Shown here one piece after another: positions 38,311-51,189 of a DNA stretch of 64,000 nucleotides. Source of the DNA: Scyliorhinus canicula (lineage: Eukaryota); assembly GCF_902713615.1 (NCBI RefSeq), contig NC_052147.1, positions 239,912,886 to 239,976,885 of the forward strand. The letters run 5' to 3'. Position 1 is the stretch's first letter; every line of letters starts with the position of its first letter. The position numbers and the translations under genes were made by a program. The notes below the pieces were generated by a model. It saw nothing but the letters and a program-made list of their open reading frames with translations, did not search any database and was not told where the DNA came from.

Positions 38311-39026
38311 GGGCGCGATTCTCCGCTGCCCACGATGGGTCGGCGAATAGCGGGAGGGCCTTCCCGACATTTTTCCCGACCTCCCGCTATTCTCTTTCCC
38401 CCCCCCCCCTCCCACGGCCGCCCTACGACACGAATCGCTGCTCGCCGTTTTTTTACGGCGAACAGCGATTCTCCCCTAGCCGATGGGCCGAGTTCCCAGA
38501 CCTTTACGGCCATTTTCACGAACGCAAACACACCTGCTCTCACCATTCGTGAAAACGGCCGCAAAGTGCCGTTCCCGACAACCATGGCCGTGCCAAGGGT
38601 GGCATGGGCCCGCGATTGGTGGGCACCGATCGCGGGCAGCAGGTCCGAAAACCGCGCACTCTTTATTCCTCTGCCACCCCGCAGGATCAGTCCGCAGGGC
38701 GGCTGAGGGGCATGACGGCCCGCGCATGCGCGGGTTTGACGCATATGCGTGATGACATCATCTGAGCATGCGCGGGTTGGAGCCGTCCAATCCGCGCATG
38801 CGCGGCTGACGTCATCGTGCGCGTCAGCCGCCATGACCCTTGGCGCGCGGGCTTAGCGACGGTCGCTAAGCCTGCGATGCCGTGCTTCGCGGGGCCGCGC
38901 TGCTAGCCCCAACCGGGGGGGAGAATCGGGTCCCGGGAGGGGCGCGGAGGCGCGGAGGCTGCCGTGAAACACGGCCAGTTTCACGGCAGCCTTTACGACT
39001 CTCCGCATTTGCGGAGAATCGCGCCC
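38311..39026. mobile_element. Young CpG-rich MITE inserted in a V-SINE tail
   Basis: Perfect 16-bp TIR GGGCGCGATTCTCCGC / GCGGAGAATCGCGCCC with AAA on both flanks. It splits a V-SINE fragment (38227-38310 and 39027-39055). Confidence 0.92.
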
Positions 39027-39859
39027 AAAAACTCTAAATTTAAAAGAAAAAGAAAAGATTGTCACAATTATTATTTTAAAATACATTTTCTATGAAAAAT
39101 GAGCTGTAATCAATGTTTATCTGTGATATAACTAGAGATCTCTCTCCTACAATCCTGCAGTTCATTAAATTAATAAAATCTCAGATTATACAAATTCAAT
39201 CTGTAATCTTTTAATGAAAAATCAACAATTTAATTAGGCACAGCTGCCTGTAGAATACTGCCTGCAGTCTCCGAGATCATCCGTATATTCACCAAAGTAT
39301 CCCTCAGGAAAATGTAATTAGAGGTACATGGTACAGATTTATCTCCTTCAACGTTTCCTCATCCTCTCTCTCTCTTTCCCCCCCGCCCCCCACCACCATG
39401 TTAGAGCACTCCTGCCTCCAGTAATATCTTTCCAGGACAAAGCTCTGCTGCCAGGAAATGTAAGTGACTGCCACAAGCCAGTCTGGTCACCCTTCCTACT
39501 GGCTGCAGGCGGTAAAAAAACTCAGTACTCCCATATGTTTATATGTTGCATATTGGGGAGATGAAAGTCTTGGCCAGAAAATAAAAAGAAGGTTCACCTA
39601 TTTAAAACCTTTTTATGTGTGCTCTCTTACTCATGATTTGTTCTTTCCCCATTACTGTCAAAGCTCTGTAATCTACTCCAGTAGAGATGGTTCTGGAATG
39701 TGAAAACCGTATCAATCCACTTCACTTTTCCTTCATCAGCGTCATTATCACTTGTATTTCCATTGTGTTCTTCTGTACTCTATCTTATACGAATTTAACT
39801 TGACAGTTTGGAATAAATTATAGCTTTCTAAAGCCAACATTCTTGAGACATTTCTATTT

Positions 39860-40240
39860 AGCAGTTAACTTGGCTAAGTGAGTAACACTTTCACCTCTGA
39901 TGCAGGAGGTCGTAGGCTCAAGTCCTATTCTAGGAGATAATCTCATTTGACATTTCAGTTCAGTACTGAGGACATGTCATGTTCTTGGAAATGTCGGTAT
40001 TCAAATTAATAAAGCAATGCCTAGTCTGCCTGCTTCACAAGTTCATGTGTGTGTTTAAAAAAACAAAATGATGACACTATTCCAAAAAAAAAACAGCAAT
40101 TCTTCTGGAGCCTTTGCCGATATTCATATATTCTTACCTTAACATCAAAGAAACATTGACTAATGGGATCATTTATCTCATTGTCTAGTGCCTGAATGGT
40201 ACTGTGTTTGCCTTCAGAACAACAATAACTACACTTCAGA
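39860..40240 (+). mobile_element. Deu-domain SINE (SacSINE1/AmnSINE1-like), degraded
   Basis: tRNA-like head (cacctctga...ggctcaagtcc), cagtactgagg and the end acaacaataactacacttca. Confidence 0.55.
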
Positions 40241-40244
40241 ATAC

Positions 40245-40325
40245 ATCCGAAAAGCTTGGGGCCAAGTGTGTATCGGATTTTGGAATTTTTCGCTTTTTGG
40301 AATTTTGGATGAGACGCTCAACCTG
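40245..40325. mobile_element. Tigger4/MER46-like (Tc1/mariner) terminal fragment
   Basis: cggattttggaattt...ggatgagacgctcaacctg followed by TA. Resembles the CAGGTTGAGCATCC TIR and its subterminal repeats. Confidence 0.55.
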
Positions 40326-40571
40326 TAATAGATTATATGTGAAAATCCTTGCGACTCATTGCAACTTTATTGCTTTTGATTTTTTATTACTCTTGCATTT
40401 AAACTGGATAGTGTAGTGCAGTCTATGAATTCAGAATGTTTCATTATACGGAGCACTTGTAGCATAGTTAATTAGAACACTATTCTTTGACAGGTAAAAC
40501 TCATTTGAAAGAATAATTGGAATTTAACGAGATCAAAATTTCTGTAGATTTTTAAATTTTTTTTTTTTCAG

Positions 40572-40662
40572 GGGCTGTTTCCTTACATCATCACTGATTG
40601 GAACACTCGCATTGAGCCTCACAATACCTCTTTCCATGATAGCAGACATTTATTTGAAAAAG
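40572..40662 (+). CDS. SLC35F5: SLC35F5 coding exon (not in the ORF track)
   Basis: Acceptor ttttttttcag|, donor AAG|gtaatt. Encodes (W)[30 protein letters not shown]. 91 nt, phase 2-0. Confidence 0.95.
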
Positions 40663-40730
40663 GTAATTCAATCAGTTCTTGAAAACCATGTGATTAATAT
40701 GTTTTAAATAATATATTTTATATATTTTAA

Positions 40731-40877
40731 GTAAAGGTAAAGTCGCCACAGTCCCGGATGACCATAGGCTGCTTTCCCCTTTGAGGGAGAGAGCTGACTG
40801 GTGGTGGTTCTACCAGAGGATCACCACACCTCAGGTGAGGGGCAAAGTTGAGAAGGCAGGGCCTTCAAGAATAACCT
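40731..40877 (-). mobile_element. 5'-truncated retroposon with ACTTT/ACCTTT tail
   Basis: The minus strand ends ...gactgtggcgactttacctttac. Flanked by the direct repeat tattttaa (40723-40730 and 40878-40885). Confidence 0.5.
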
Positions 40878-41894
40878 ATTTTAAATAATTACTACATGGC
40901 AGCCTGGAATTGAGCCATCATATTTCTGTATTTTTCTAAATTTGTTGATGTTCCATTATTTCCATTGCTATTAACTGCTGAGTGCTTCCTTCCAATTGGC
41001 ATTGCCTGCAAGTATCCCTAGGTGTGTATTGATTTTTGCAGGAACTGCTTTAGAGTGTGACATTGCGATAGGAGAGTTCCTCACACGGAAGCATTTCAGA
41101 ACCAGTAGAGTAGGTCTTCCAAAAGCTCATTTAATTATCTTGTCACTTGCCAATACTTGCTTTGAGTGGAAAGGGGCGTATGAAGGCTAATATATGACTA
41201 ATTGGGTGAAGAAGGAATGCACTGCAACAGACTATTAGAGAATTAGAGCTCTGGAAAGGTTAGAAATAGTAAGAAGAGTACAGCAATGCAAAGCTTTTCA
41301 TCTCATTAAAGCTGGAAATGAGTGCAGCAGCTGGTGAGTAGTAATTCCTTGTTTAGGTTATGATGTACATAACAGAAAACAATGAGTGCGGTAAGTGAAA
41401 ACAGAAAATGTTGTGAGACATTGCAGGTCAGATACTGACTGAGCTGATGTGTGTCTACCAACATTTTCTGTTTTGGTTTTGATAAATATTTCCTGACATG
41501 TGTTTTGTAAGTTTAATGCAAGAACATCTTTGCATTAACACAATGTTGTGATAGCTGTGTCACAAATGTAATTTTGATCATGTTCTTCACAGGAGATTTA
41601 TAACTAAAATGAAAGCTCATGGGATCCAGGATGAAACTGGCAATTGGATTACCAACCAGCTAGATAATTGGAAACTGAGGATAGTTCTGAATGATATAGT
41701 TCTAATTGGATAGCTGTGACCATGCTGTTTTCTGGAACTACTGCTGCTCATGGGTATTAACTTTCCTAATTAGGATGTTATAAATAGGATGTCTATGTTA
41801 TGCAGGAAACTACAATAGTTTGAATTTGAGTAACGCCTTTATCATAGTAAACCTTCCCAAAGTGCTTGCAGAAGCGTTATCAAATAGAATGTGG

Positions 41895-43226
41895 ACATGA
41901 TCATCTCGGACTTTGTAGGGGTGGGGAAGGTGCTGAGGGTGGGAAGGACCCTGCTGCGACGGGGGAGGGGGGGGGGGGTGTGTGTTGGCGTTGCCGAACT
42001 TGCTTCATTATTATTGGGCAGCAAATGTGGACAAATTGCGGCGGTGGTGGGGAGGAGAAGGGGTAGAGTGGGTTCGGATGGAGGAGGAATCTTGTAAAGG
42101 GTGGAGGGCTATGGTGGCGGCAGTGTTGCCAATGGCTCCAAGTAGGTATTGAGGGAGCCCAGTGGTGTAGTCCAGGGTGAAGAGGATGGAAGAGATGTTG
42201 GTGTTAACGCCGCTGTGCAAGAATCATGGGTTTGAGCTGGGGGGATGGATAGTGTATACAGGAGGTGGAGGGAAATGGGACTGATCAAGGTGGGGGATTT
42301 GTATTTGGAGGAAGGGTTTGCCATCTGGAGGAGCCAAGGGTAGAGCTGCCGAGAGGGAATGAGTTCAGGTATCTGCAGGTTATGTGCAAAAGGTCTGTAG
42401 GGGGTTCCCTAGATTGCTGGGATACACTCTGCTGGAGTGCTGCTGCTTCCGGATGTGGAAGGGGAGGGAAGAATTGGGGATATATATAAGTGGCTGGGGG
42501 AGCAGAGAGGTGAGCGGGTGGTGAAGATCAAGGAGAAATGTGAAGCGGAGTTCGGAGGAGAGATCAATTGAGTATGGAGTGAGGCATTGCGAAGAGTAAA
42601 CGGGACCTCTTGTGCAAGGATGAGCCTGATACAGTTTAAGGTGGTGCACAGGGTGCATATGACTCGGTCATGAATGAGTGGGTTCTTTGAGGGGGTAGCA
42701 GATGAATGTGAGAGGTGGCAGTGTGGGCCAGCGAATCACATGCACATGTTTTGGAGCTGCGAAAAATTGGGAAGTTTCTGGGCGGGGGTGTTTGTGGTCT
42801 TAGCCAGGGTAGTGGAGTAGGAGGTGGACTTGGAACCTTTGGTGGTGATATTTGGGGTTTCAGAGAAGCTGGAGCCCATGGAGAGTAGGAAGGCCGATGT
42901 CGTAGCCTTCACCTCTCTGATTGCACAGCGGCAAATTTTGCTGGAGCTGCGGTCGGCTCACCACCTGGGGTAGCGGCATGGTTGGGTGACCTGCGGTCGG
43001 AGAAGATAAAATATGAATTAAGGGGCTTAGCAGGGGGGGTTTGAGAAAAGGTGGGGGATGTTTGTGACCGTGCTTGAGGAGCTGTTCATCGCAGGGGGGT
43101 GGGGGGGAGGGTGAAAAAGGGGAAGAGTCTGTACAGACTGTATAATTGATTGTTGTGAAGTAAGTTTCCTGGGTGTTTATTTGCTGTAACCTGCTTTGAT
43201 GCATGTTTGTAATAAAATACATTTAA
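41895..43226 (+). mobile_element. 5'-truncated L1 (ORF2 C-terminus and 3'UTR)
   Basis: SLIQFKVVHRVHM and HMHMFWSC motifs, AATAAA at 43211. TSD aaatagaat(g/a)tgg at 41882-41894 and 43227-43239. Confidence 0.88.
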
Positions 43227-43697
43227 AAATAGAATATGGCATCGAACCACATAGAGATGTTAGATGACCGAGGAGATGACCAAAAGCATGGTTAAAGTGA
43301 TAGGTTTTATGGAGAATCTGAAAGGGGAAAGAGAAGCAGAGAGGCTCAGGGAAGGAATTACACAGGTTAGCGCTTTGACAATTGAAAGCATAGTTGCCAG
43401 TGGAGGACCTGATGGCCTGCATCCTTGGGTGATAAAATAATTGCTTCAGAGACAATGGATACATTGGTTATAATTTTCCTCCCTTGGTTCTAAAATGGCT
43501 CCAGTGAACTGGAAAACTGTAAACCTAATACCTCTGTTCCAGAAAGAAGGAAAACAAAAAGCAGAAAACCCTAGGCCAGTTACCTTAACACCTGTCATTG
43601 GGAATATGCTGCGACCCATTATAAAGGAAGTAGTAGCAAGTCATTTAGAAAATGATAATGCAATCAAACAGAGTCAGCATGGTTTTATGAAGGGGAA

Positions 43698-44080
43698 TGT
43701 CATAATATACACCAGTATATCATGGTGCAGGCACACACTGATGGACATACACTGGGACCAATCAACATGCACAAACACCGCAGCCAATCAACAGTTAGAA
43801 TACACACACTATAAAGGCAGAGGGCATCACGGTTCCCGCTCATTCTGGATGCTGCCTCTCAGTAGAACAAGAGCTCATCAAGTTTAGCACAGACTCACAC
43901 CATGTGCTGAGAGATTCAACTGGTTCGGACAGGCTTAGGTCTCTAGTTAAACTAGCATCGTTTAAACCCACAGTTCTCGTTTGTCGATTAGTTTATAGTT
44001 AGTTAATAAAATAGAGTTGAACCTTCCTCAGTGTTGGTGGTATATGTTAACCTCACACGTCTACATTATCCAACACTTCA
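43698..44080 (+). mobile_element. Solo LTR, 383 bp
   Basis: TG...CA ends and perfect 5-bp TSD GGGAA (43693-43697 and 44081-44085). CCAAT at 43758 and 43784, TATAAA at 43810, AATAAA at 44005. Confidence 0.9.
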
Positions 44081-44513
44081 GGGAAGTCATGGTTGATGAA
44101 TTTATTAGAGTTCTTTGAGGATATAACAAGCAGCGTAGATAAAGAGAATCAGGGGATGTATTTGGATTTCCAAAAGGCACTTGACTGGAAGGCGCATAAA
44201 ATGTTGCTGCACAAGCTAAAAGCTTGTTGAGTTAAGGGTGATATATTAGCATGGGTGGAGGATTTACGAACAGGAAACAGAGCCAGAATAAATGGATCAT
44301 TTTCAGTTCAGCAAAGAGTAACCATAGGGATCAATGCTACTGCTCAACTATTTACAATCTATATTAATGACTTGGATGAAGGGACAGACTGTATTGAGGC
44401 TAATGATACAAAGCTAGATAGGAAAACAAGTTGTGAGGACTCGGGATCTTAAAGGAATACAGATAGGTTAGGTGAGCGGGCAAAACATTGGCAGATGGAA
44501 GTGGAAAATATGA

Positions 44514-44690
44514 GGCTGGTTTAGCACAGTGGGCTAAACAGCTGGCTTGCAATGCAGAACAGGGCCAGCAGCGCGATGTCAATTCCCATACCGGCTTCCC
44601 TGAACAGGCGCTGGAATATGACGACTAGGGGCTTTTCACAGTAACTTCATTGAAGCCTACTTGTGACAATACGCATTTATTATTATTATT
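44514..44690 (+). mobile_element. tRNA-derived SINE with (ATT)n tail
   Basis: Same family as 8562. Flanked by the repeat aaaatatg. Confidence 0.85.
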
Positions 44691-45145
44691 AAAAATATGC
44701 GATTACCACTTTGCTGGAAATATTAGAATCAAAATGTTATTTAAATGGAGAGAGACTATAGAATGCTGTGATTTAGAGAGATCTGGCTGCCCTCATACGT
44801 GAAAGTCAAAATGTTAGCATGCAGATCCCGGAAAAATTAGGAGGCAACTGGAATGATAATCTATATTGCAAGGGGGATGTAGTTTAAAAGCAGAGAAGTT
44901 TTAGTAAAATTGTGCAATGCGTTGCTGAGTCCATGCCTAGATTGATTACTGCATACAGTTTTTGTTCTTTTTTAAAAGGGAATATACTTGCATTGGAGGC
45001 AGTTCAGAGAAAGTTTACTGGTTTGATTTCTGGAATCGTGGGTTGCCATAGTAAGAAAGGTTGATCGGGTTAGGGCAATACTCATTGGAGTTTTTAAAAA
45101 TTAGAGGTAATCATATTGAAGCATAAAAGATTCTGAGGGAATTTT

Positions 45146-45754
45146 ATAATAATAATCATTATTGTCACAAATATGTTTACATTAACACTGCAATGAAGTT
45201 ACTGTGAAAAGCCACATTCTGGCGCCTGTTCAGGTGCACAGAGGGAGAATTCAGAATGTCCAAACTATCTAACAGCATGTCTTTCGAGACTTGTGGGAGG
45301 AAACCGGAGCACCGGAGGAAACCCACGCAGACACAGGGAGAACGTGCACCGGTCCGCACAGACAGTGACACAGCCAGTATTTGAACCTGGGACCATGGAG
45401 CTGTGAATCATAGAGTTTACAGTGCAGAAGGGGGCCATTTGGCCCATCAAGTCTGCACCGGCTCTTGGAAAGAGCACCCTACCCACACCCACACCATCAC
45501 TCTCTCCCGTAACCCCACCCACCCTTTTTGGACACTAACGGCGATATAGCATGGCCAATCCACCTAACCTGCACATCTTTGGACTGTGGGAGGAAGCTGG
45601 AGCACCTGGGAGAACCCCACGCAGACATGGGGAGAACGTGCAGACCCCACACAGACCGTCACCAAGCCGGGAATCGAACCTGGGACCCTGGAGCTGTGAA
45701 GCAACTGTGCTTGCTACCATGCTACCCTGTGAACCAACAGTGCTACCCACTGCT
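45146..45754 (-). mobile_element. V-SINE containing a nested HE1-like SINE (45408-45726)
   Basis: Two V-domains. The inner element is flanked by ctgtgaa (45401-45407 and 45727-45733). Confidence 0.82.
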
Positions 45755-46151
45755 ATCTAGAGAGAGAAACTGACTGCGGGTAAGGAAGGGCTGGGTGGGA
45801 CAAACTTTTCATGTGTGATTTGATACCAAGGCAAGGGCGGTGACCATATTAATTAGCAGGACAGTAGCGTTCACAGCGATGAATGCAATGACCGACCCGG
45901 GGGGGATGATTTGTTATGGGCAACAGGACCCTGGAATGGGCCCCAGTAGTACTGATAAATATATGTACTGCAAATTGGAACAACGCAGTATTCGTCAAAT
46001 TGCTATGCCCAAAATTCCTGACCTAGGCACTCACCGACTCATCATGGGGAGTGACTTTAATTACGTGCAAGACCCGAAAAATTGACAAATCCAACTCGGG
46101 GAGAAAGCCATAACAGGAATGCCTCGAGAGCTAAACATCTTCATGTAGCAG

Positions 46152-46183
<32 letters not shown>

Positions 46184-48705
46184 AGTTGACCCATGGAGGT
46201 TCAACCACCCGAGAGAAAAAGAGTTCTCCTCTTTCCACATGCACAAGGCTTACATCGCAGAGAAAATGGTGCAACCAGGGATAGGAGAGAATACTCCACG
46301 ATCATAATCTCGGACCACACATCCTAGTTAATCTTTATTAGTGTCACAAGTAGGCTTACATTAACACTGCAATGAAGTTACTGTGAAAAGCCCCTAGTCA
46401 GCACACTACAGCGTGAGGGAGAATTCAGAATGTTCAACTCACCTGACAAACATGTCTTTTGGGACTTGTGGGAGGAAACCGGAGCACCCGGAGAAACCCC
46501 ATGCAGACACTGGGAGAACGTGCAGACTCCGCACAGACAGTGACCCAAGCCGAAAACCAAACCCGAGTCCCTGGCATTGTGAAGCAAAAGTACTAACCAC
46601 CGTGCTACTGTGCCGCCCTTAGTTGGAGAGCAGCCGAGCCCAACACATCCCATGGAGGCTGGACACAGCCCTCTCACCACTAAGGAATTCTGTACAAAAA
46701 TATCCCAAGCTATCAACGGTTAGGAAACCTGCAACCAGAAGGGAGAGGTCTCGCCCTTCACGTTCTGGGATGCACTGAGAGCAATGATCGGGGTGGGGGG
46801 GGGGGGGAATAATAGCTTAAAGGGACAAGAGAGAAAGGGCAGCCAAGCAGCGGCTGATCAACTCCATACTGGAGGTGGATCAACAGTACTCCTTGGCTCC
46901 AACCGTGGAACTGCTGCCGGAAAAGAAAAAGCTGCAGATGGAATTTGTTCTGCTCTTCACAAGAAAAGCAGTCCACCAACTACACCAATCATGGGCCTTC
47001 TGCGAACATGGAGACAAAGCCAGCCGCAAGCTGGCGCGCCAACCAAGGAAGCAGACTGCCGCAAAGGAAATAGTGCAAGTTAGGAATAGGAATGGTAGGA
47101 TGGTGGCAGCCCCGAACAAGGTTAACGAGGCCGTTACAAATTTTTACGGGGGCCTATACACCTCTGAGCTCCCGGAGGGGGACTCTGAGATTAAACTGTT
47201 CTCAACAGACTGGAAATACAGGCGATGGGGAGAAAAAGAGGCAAGAACTGGAAGCACCGCTGGGACAGGATGAGATCATGGAATGCATTAATTCCAGGTA
47301 GTCAGGGAGGACGCCGGGGCCAGATGTGATCCCGGTGGACTTTTATTAAAAATTTGCAATGGCGTAGGCCCTGCTATTGCAGGAAATATTAAACGATTCA
47401 CTATCAAAGAGGCTCTGGCTGGCACAGGACTCGATCTCGTTGATCCCCAAGAAAGACAAAGGCCTGCCAGAGTGTGGATCAAACATGGAATGGGTCCAAA
47501 TGGAGGAGGCCTCCTGTACAGGGATGTCTTATAAGGCAGTGGCCATCATTTCACTCCCAGCCCCACCGCACCCACACTCGAGGAGTTTGGTGGTAATAGC
47601 CACATTAAAGACCTGGAACCAGTTCAAACATAGTGGTATCTCTATGGAGGCCTCCATCTGCAACAACCATAAATTCGACAAAGATAGACGCCACGTTTTG
47701 GGCTTGGAAGGAGGACAGAGGGACCTTGAGGGTGAAGGACATTTATGGTGGAAGGTAAGATAGCAACGCTGGGAGAACTGTTGGAGAAGCTTCAGCTCCC
47801 AAAAAGAAATGGGCTTCGGTATTTGCAGCTGCGTTATCATGCCGCTCATGCTCTGTAGGAAGGAAACCTGGAGGTGGAGGACAAGCGTCAGTGGTGTCAG
47901 ATGTGCCTAGCTAACCATACCCATATGTTCTGGTCTTGCCCCAGACTCAACGGGCTCTAGACAGCTTCTTTGAGGCTATGTCCAGGGCTATGGAGATTAA
48001 GATAGAGCCATGCCCGTTTGTGGCGGTTTTCGGGATGGCAGAGCATTCAAAGGTCTTCGCAGGGGCCAGGCGCCCTGGTCTTCACCCCTCTGATTACCCA
48101 AGGGAGACATCTGCTGGGCTGGAAGTTGGCAGCATCTCCCAGAACCTCTGAGTAGTTCGCTGACCTGGCTGAATTCCTGAAGCTCAAAGATAAAATTCTC
48201 AATCAGAGGCCGTGGATAGAGTCCACGACACATGGAGAAAGCTTTTCAACCTCTTCGAAGACCTGTTTGTAGCCAGCAACTTGGGGGGGGGGGGGGGGGG
48301 GTTGGCAGACAGGAGGGGAGGGAGGGAGGGGTGGACGAGTGGAGTGCCGCTGAGGAAAAGGGGACTATGCACTTGACGCAGGGGGAAAAGGGGAGGAGGA
48401 GGGCCCCACGCCATGAGGGACAAAGGCCCCTCTCGCATATTAGACACTGAGGAAGCAGTACAGCCTAACCATCCTCGAAAACAAAGGGTTTAAAATGACT
48501 CTCCCCATCGCTATTAATGTAAATACAACATTATATGTATGCCAGTATAAATAAGGAAACGCACTGCGAGGACTAAGGTCACAGACATTGTGGCAACCTG
48601 TAAATAATATGCCGTTTCAGTTGTTTTCTTTCTCTTTTCTCTGCTTGTTCTGTCTTGTGTAAAGTTTGATATTGTTAAAATTCCAATAAAAATATTTATT
48701 TTTTA
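45755..48705 (+). mobile_element. Decayed L1 ORF2 and 3'UTR with large internal deletions
   Basis: RKGWVGQTFH, IMGSDFN, EHGDKASRKLA, HTHMFWSCP. AATAAA near 48684. Contains an antisense V-SINE at 46329-46618. Confidence 0.85.
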
Positions 48706-48937
48706 AAATTATGCAGAGTACAGAACAGGCTGTACTGAACTCACTTTGTTAATAAAGCTCCTATAGTTTGTCAGCCTCTGTACCTCCTCATGTCAACCCT
48801 GAGGACACAACATCAACGTTCTCCATAAAGTTCCATGTGCTGCTGTTGTGACATACCTGCTGTACTACTATCCCTAGCTCAATATGTTTTACTTATTTAA
48901 TTTGTTCAGGTTTATGTATTTAATCAACTTCATTTTT

Positions 48938-49063
48938 TAGTTTTTTTTTAGTTTTCAGACTAATTTTGCCATCTTGTTTCAATTCCATGTTGGTTAACTA
49001 ATAATAATAATAATGGAATTGAAATAAAATGACAAAATTAGTCTGAAAACTAAAAAAAAACTA
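48938..49063. repeat. Hairpin with 51-bp inverted arms
   Basis: Arms 48938-48988 and 49013-49063 differ at 3 positions. The 24-nt loop contains (AAT)n. Confidence 0.95.
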
Positions 49064-49199
49064 GCAAGTTTACTTGTAAATTTATGCCTGCCACCCCTCC
49101 TTTTACAGCACTGTCACTGCGTTTTATTTTCTCCCATGGCTTTCGCATCTCTCTGACTAGAAAGTGTTAGAAACCTTTCTATCTGTGGGCAATTCCTAT

Positions 49200-50970
49200 T
49201 TCTTATCTACATGCTGTCTTCACTGACATCATCCGAAAACACAGCATCAGTTTCCATTCATACATTGAGACCACCCAGATCTACCTCACCATTGCCCCTC
49301 TCAACCCTTTCACTGTTTCTATTGTCAGATTGCTTTCCTGACATCTACTGGATGAACAAATATTTACTCTAACTCATTTATTGGGAAGAACAAAGCCAAT
49401 GTCCTGCATTTTCCTCAGGATAACAGTCATAGTCGGACTGCCGCACCCCGTAAACTTTTCTATGCTTCAAAGTCGCTCCACATTTCTTGCCAGGTCTTCT
49501 CCATGCAGAGCACCGAGATCCTTGGAGAACTCCGTCACAATGATATTACTTTCGGGGAACGACTCGGCAAATTCCCTTTTTATTGTATTAGCTGTCATAT
49601 GTTAAGTTTAAATGCCCAGTGTAAATGTTAGTGAATGTGTATGGTGTTATGGTGGATGAAGTGAGTGGGTAGGGTGGCAAGTGGGTGAGGTATCAAGTGG
49701 GATGGGGGAAGAGTCGGTGGAGATAGTCCGGGGTTTAGAGTGAGTGATTAAGGGGTCATTTTTGTTTACCCAGGGGTTACGCTAGGATTTTGCGGTCTAA
49801 CTTTCCCTGAACAATTATTCAGGTATGTCCCTTGGAACAATCCGAACTCTAACTCTGAGTCAGAGACATTCACGGAGAGTCAGTGGAGCAGGGGAATTGC
49901 CCTCCTTCAGTTCAAAATTCCCGGCAATTCCCACAGAACGCAGCATGTCATGACCTCTATGGGATCCTGACACGCATTTGGGTCATCCGTCTAAACTCTG
50001 ATGATCCAGAGACTGGAAGGTCTGGGCCATTGTCTTCTGTCTCCTCACAAACCCAGTTCCAAAGTCACCTACTCCGTCTGTCTCCTGGCAATTGTCTGAA
50101 ATGGAACTAAGGTCCAGGGCAAGTCGGAAGTAGGAACGCTTCGAAAATAGTGGACCCACATGGCATGCCACTGTCCCCAAGGTGAACTGGAATTTTCAAA
50201 TCGAGCATAGTGTTAGGGTGAGGGGGAGGTGGAACAGTCGGTAACCTGAGCTTATTAAAGGGCCAGGGAAGAACAGAAGACAAGTTTCAATTTGTAAATT
50301 GCCAAACCTGATTCACATTCATGCACAGTGCAATGTGAGGAACAATTAAGTGATTTTTAAAATATGTTAAATTGTGTCACGAGAATTTTGCAGCATATCG
50401 GGTGCAATACCTGTCTTCTGTGCGTGGACCTCCTTTGTGCTACTTCTCTTCTTCTACAAGGCAGAATCAATGCTATCATGCCGCTCATGCTCTGTAGGAA
50501 GCTCCTGCCTCTTAGTAATGCTCAGAGCTACTAATTGGGATTGCTGAAGACTCCTATAATGCATTTATGTTTGAAGATTGCAGCACAGGTCAGGATCTGA
50601 AATTACCCAGGCATCAGGTTTCCAACCCCAGATTGAAAGTCATGCCCTGATGTCACATTTTACCCCAGGATGAGCCTCAAACGACATATCCACACCGTAA
50701 CTAAGACCACCTATGTCCACCTCCATATCATTGCCCAATTTCACCCTGCCTCTGCTATTTGCTACTGAAATACACATCCATGCCTTTGTTATCTCTGGAA
50801 TGGACTGTTCCAGTGCATTCCTGACAGGTCATTCATGCTTTACCCTCTGTAAACTTGAGGTAACCCTAAGCTCTGCTGTCCATATCCTAACTCGTACATG
50901 GTCCCTTTCACTCATCTCCTATTTGCTTGCTGATATTCTCACCCCTGTTTTCAAATACCTCTATGACCCA
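49200..50970 (+). mobile_element. L2 LINE RT fragment split by an insertion of about 1.2 kb (about 49400-50650)
   Basis: IIRKHSISFHSY..TTQIYL and IHAFVISGMDCSSAFLTG are L2-type motifs. Confidence 0.65.
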
Positions 50971-51189
50971 TGTCCAACAGGCAAAGTGGCAGGGTGGGAA
51001 TTACTTTTGTTCTCCCCATGGCATTCCCAAGATTTGGATCGATCAGTTCACAAAGGAATATTCAGTTGATGGGGGTTCCTTCTAAATAGTGTAAGAAGCA
51101 TCCCCAAAATGATTATTGTTTGCTACATGTTGCTAAATTTGGCAATATGGAGAGTAGATATCACGTAGGGCTAAGAATCAAAGGGAGAT

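Larger units (their letters stand above)
43400..45145 (+). mobile_element. CR1 RT fragment interrupted by a solo LTR and a SINE
   Basis: WKTVNLIPLFQKEG, QHGFMKG|KS, LFTIYINDLDEG. Confidence 0.85.
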
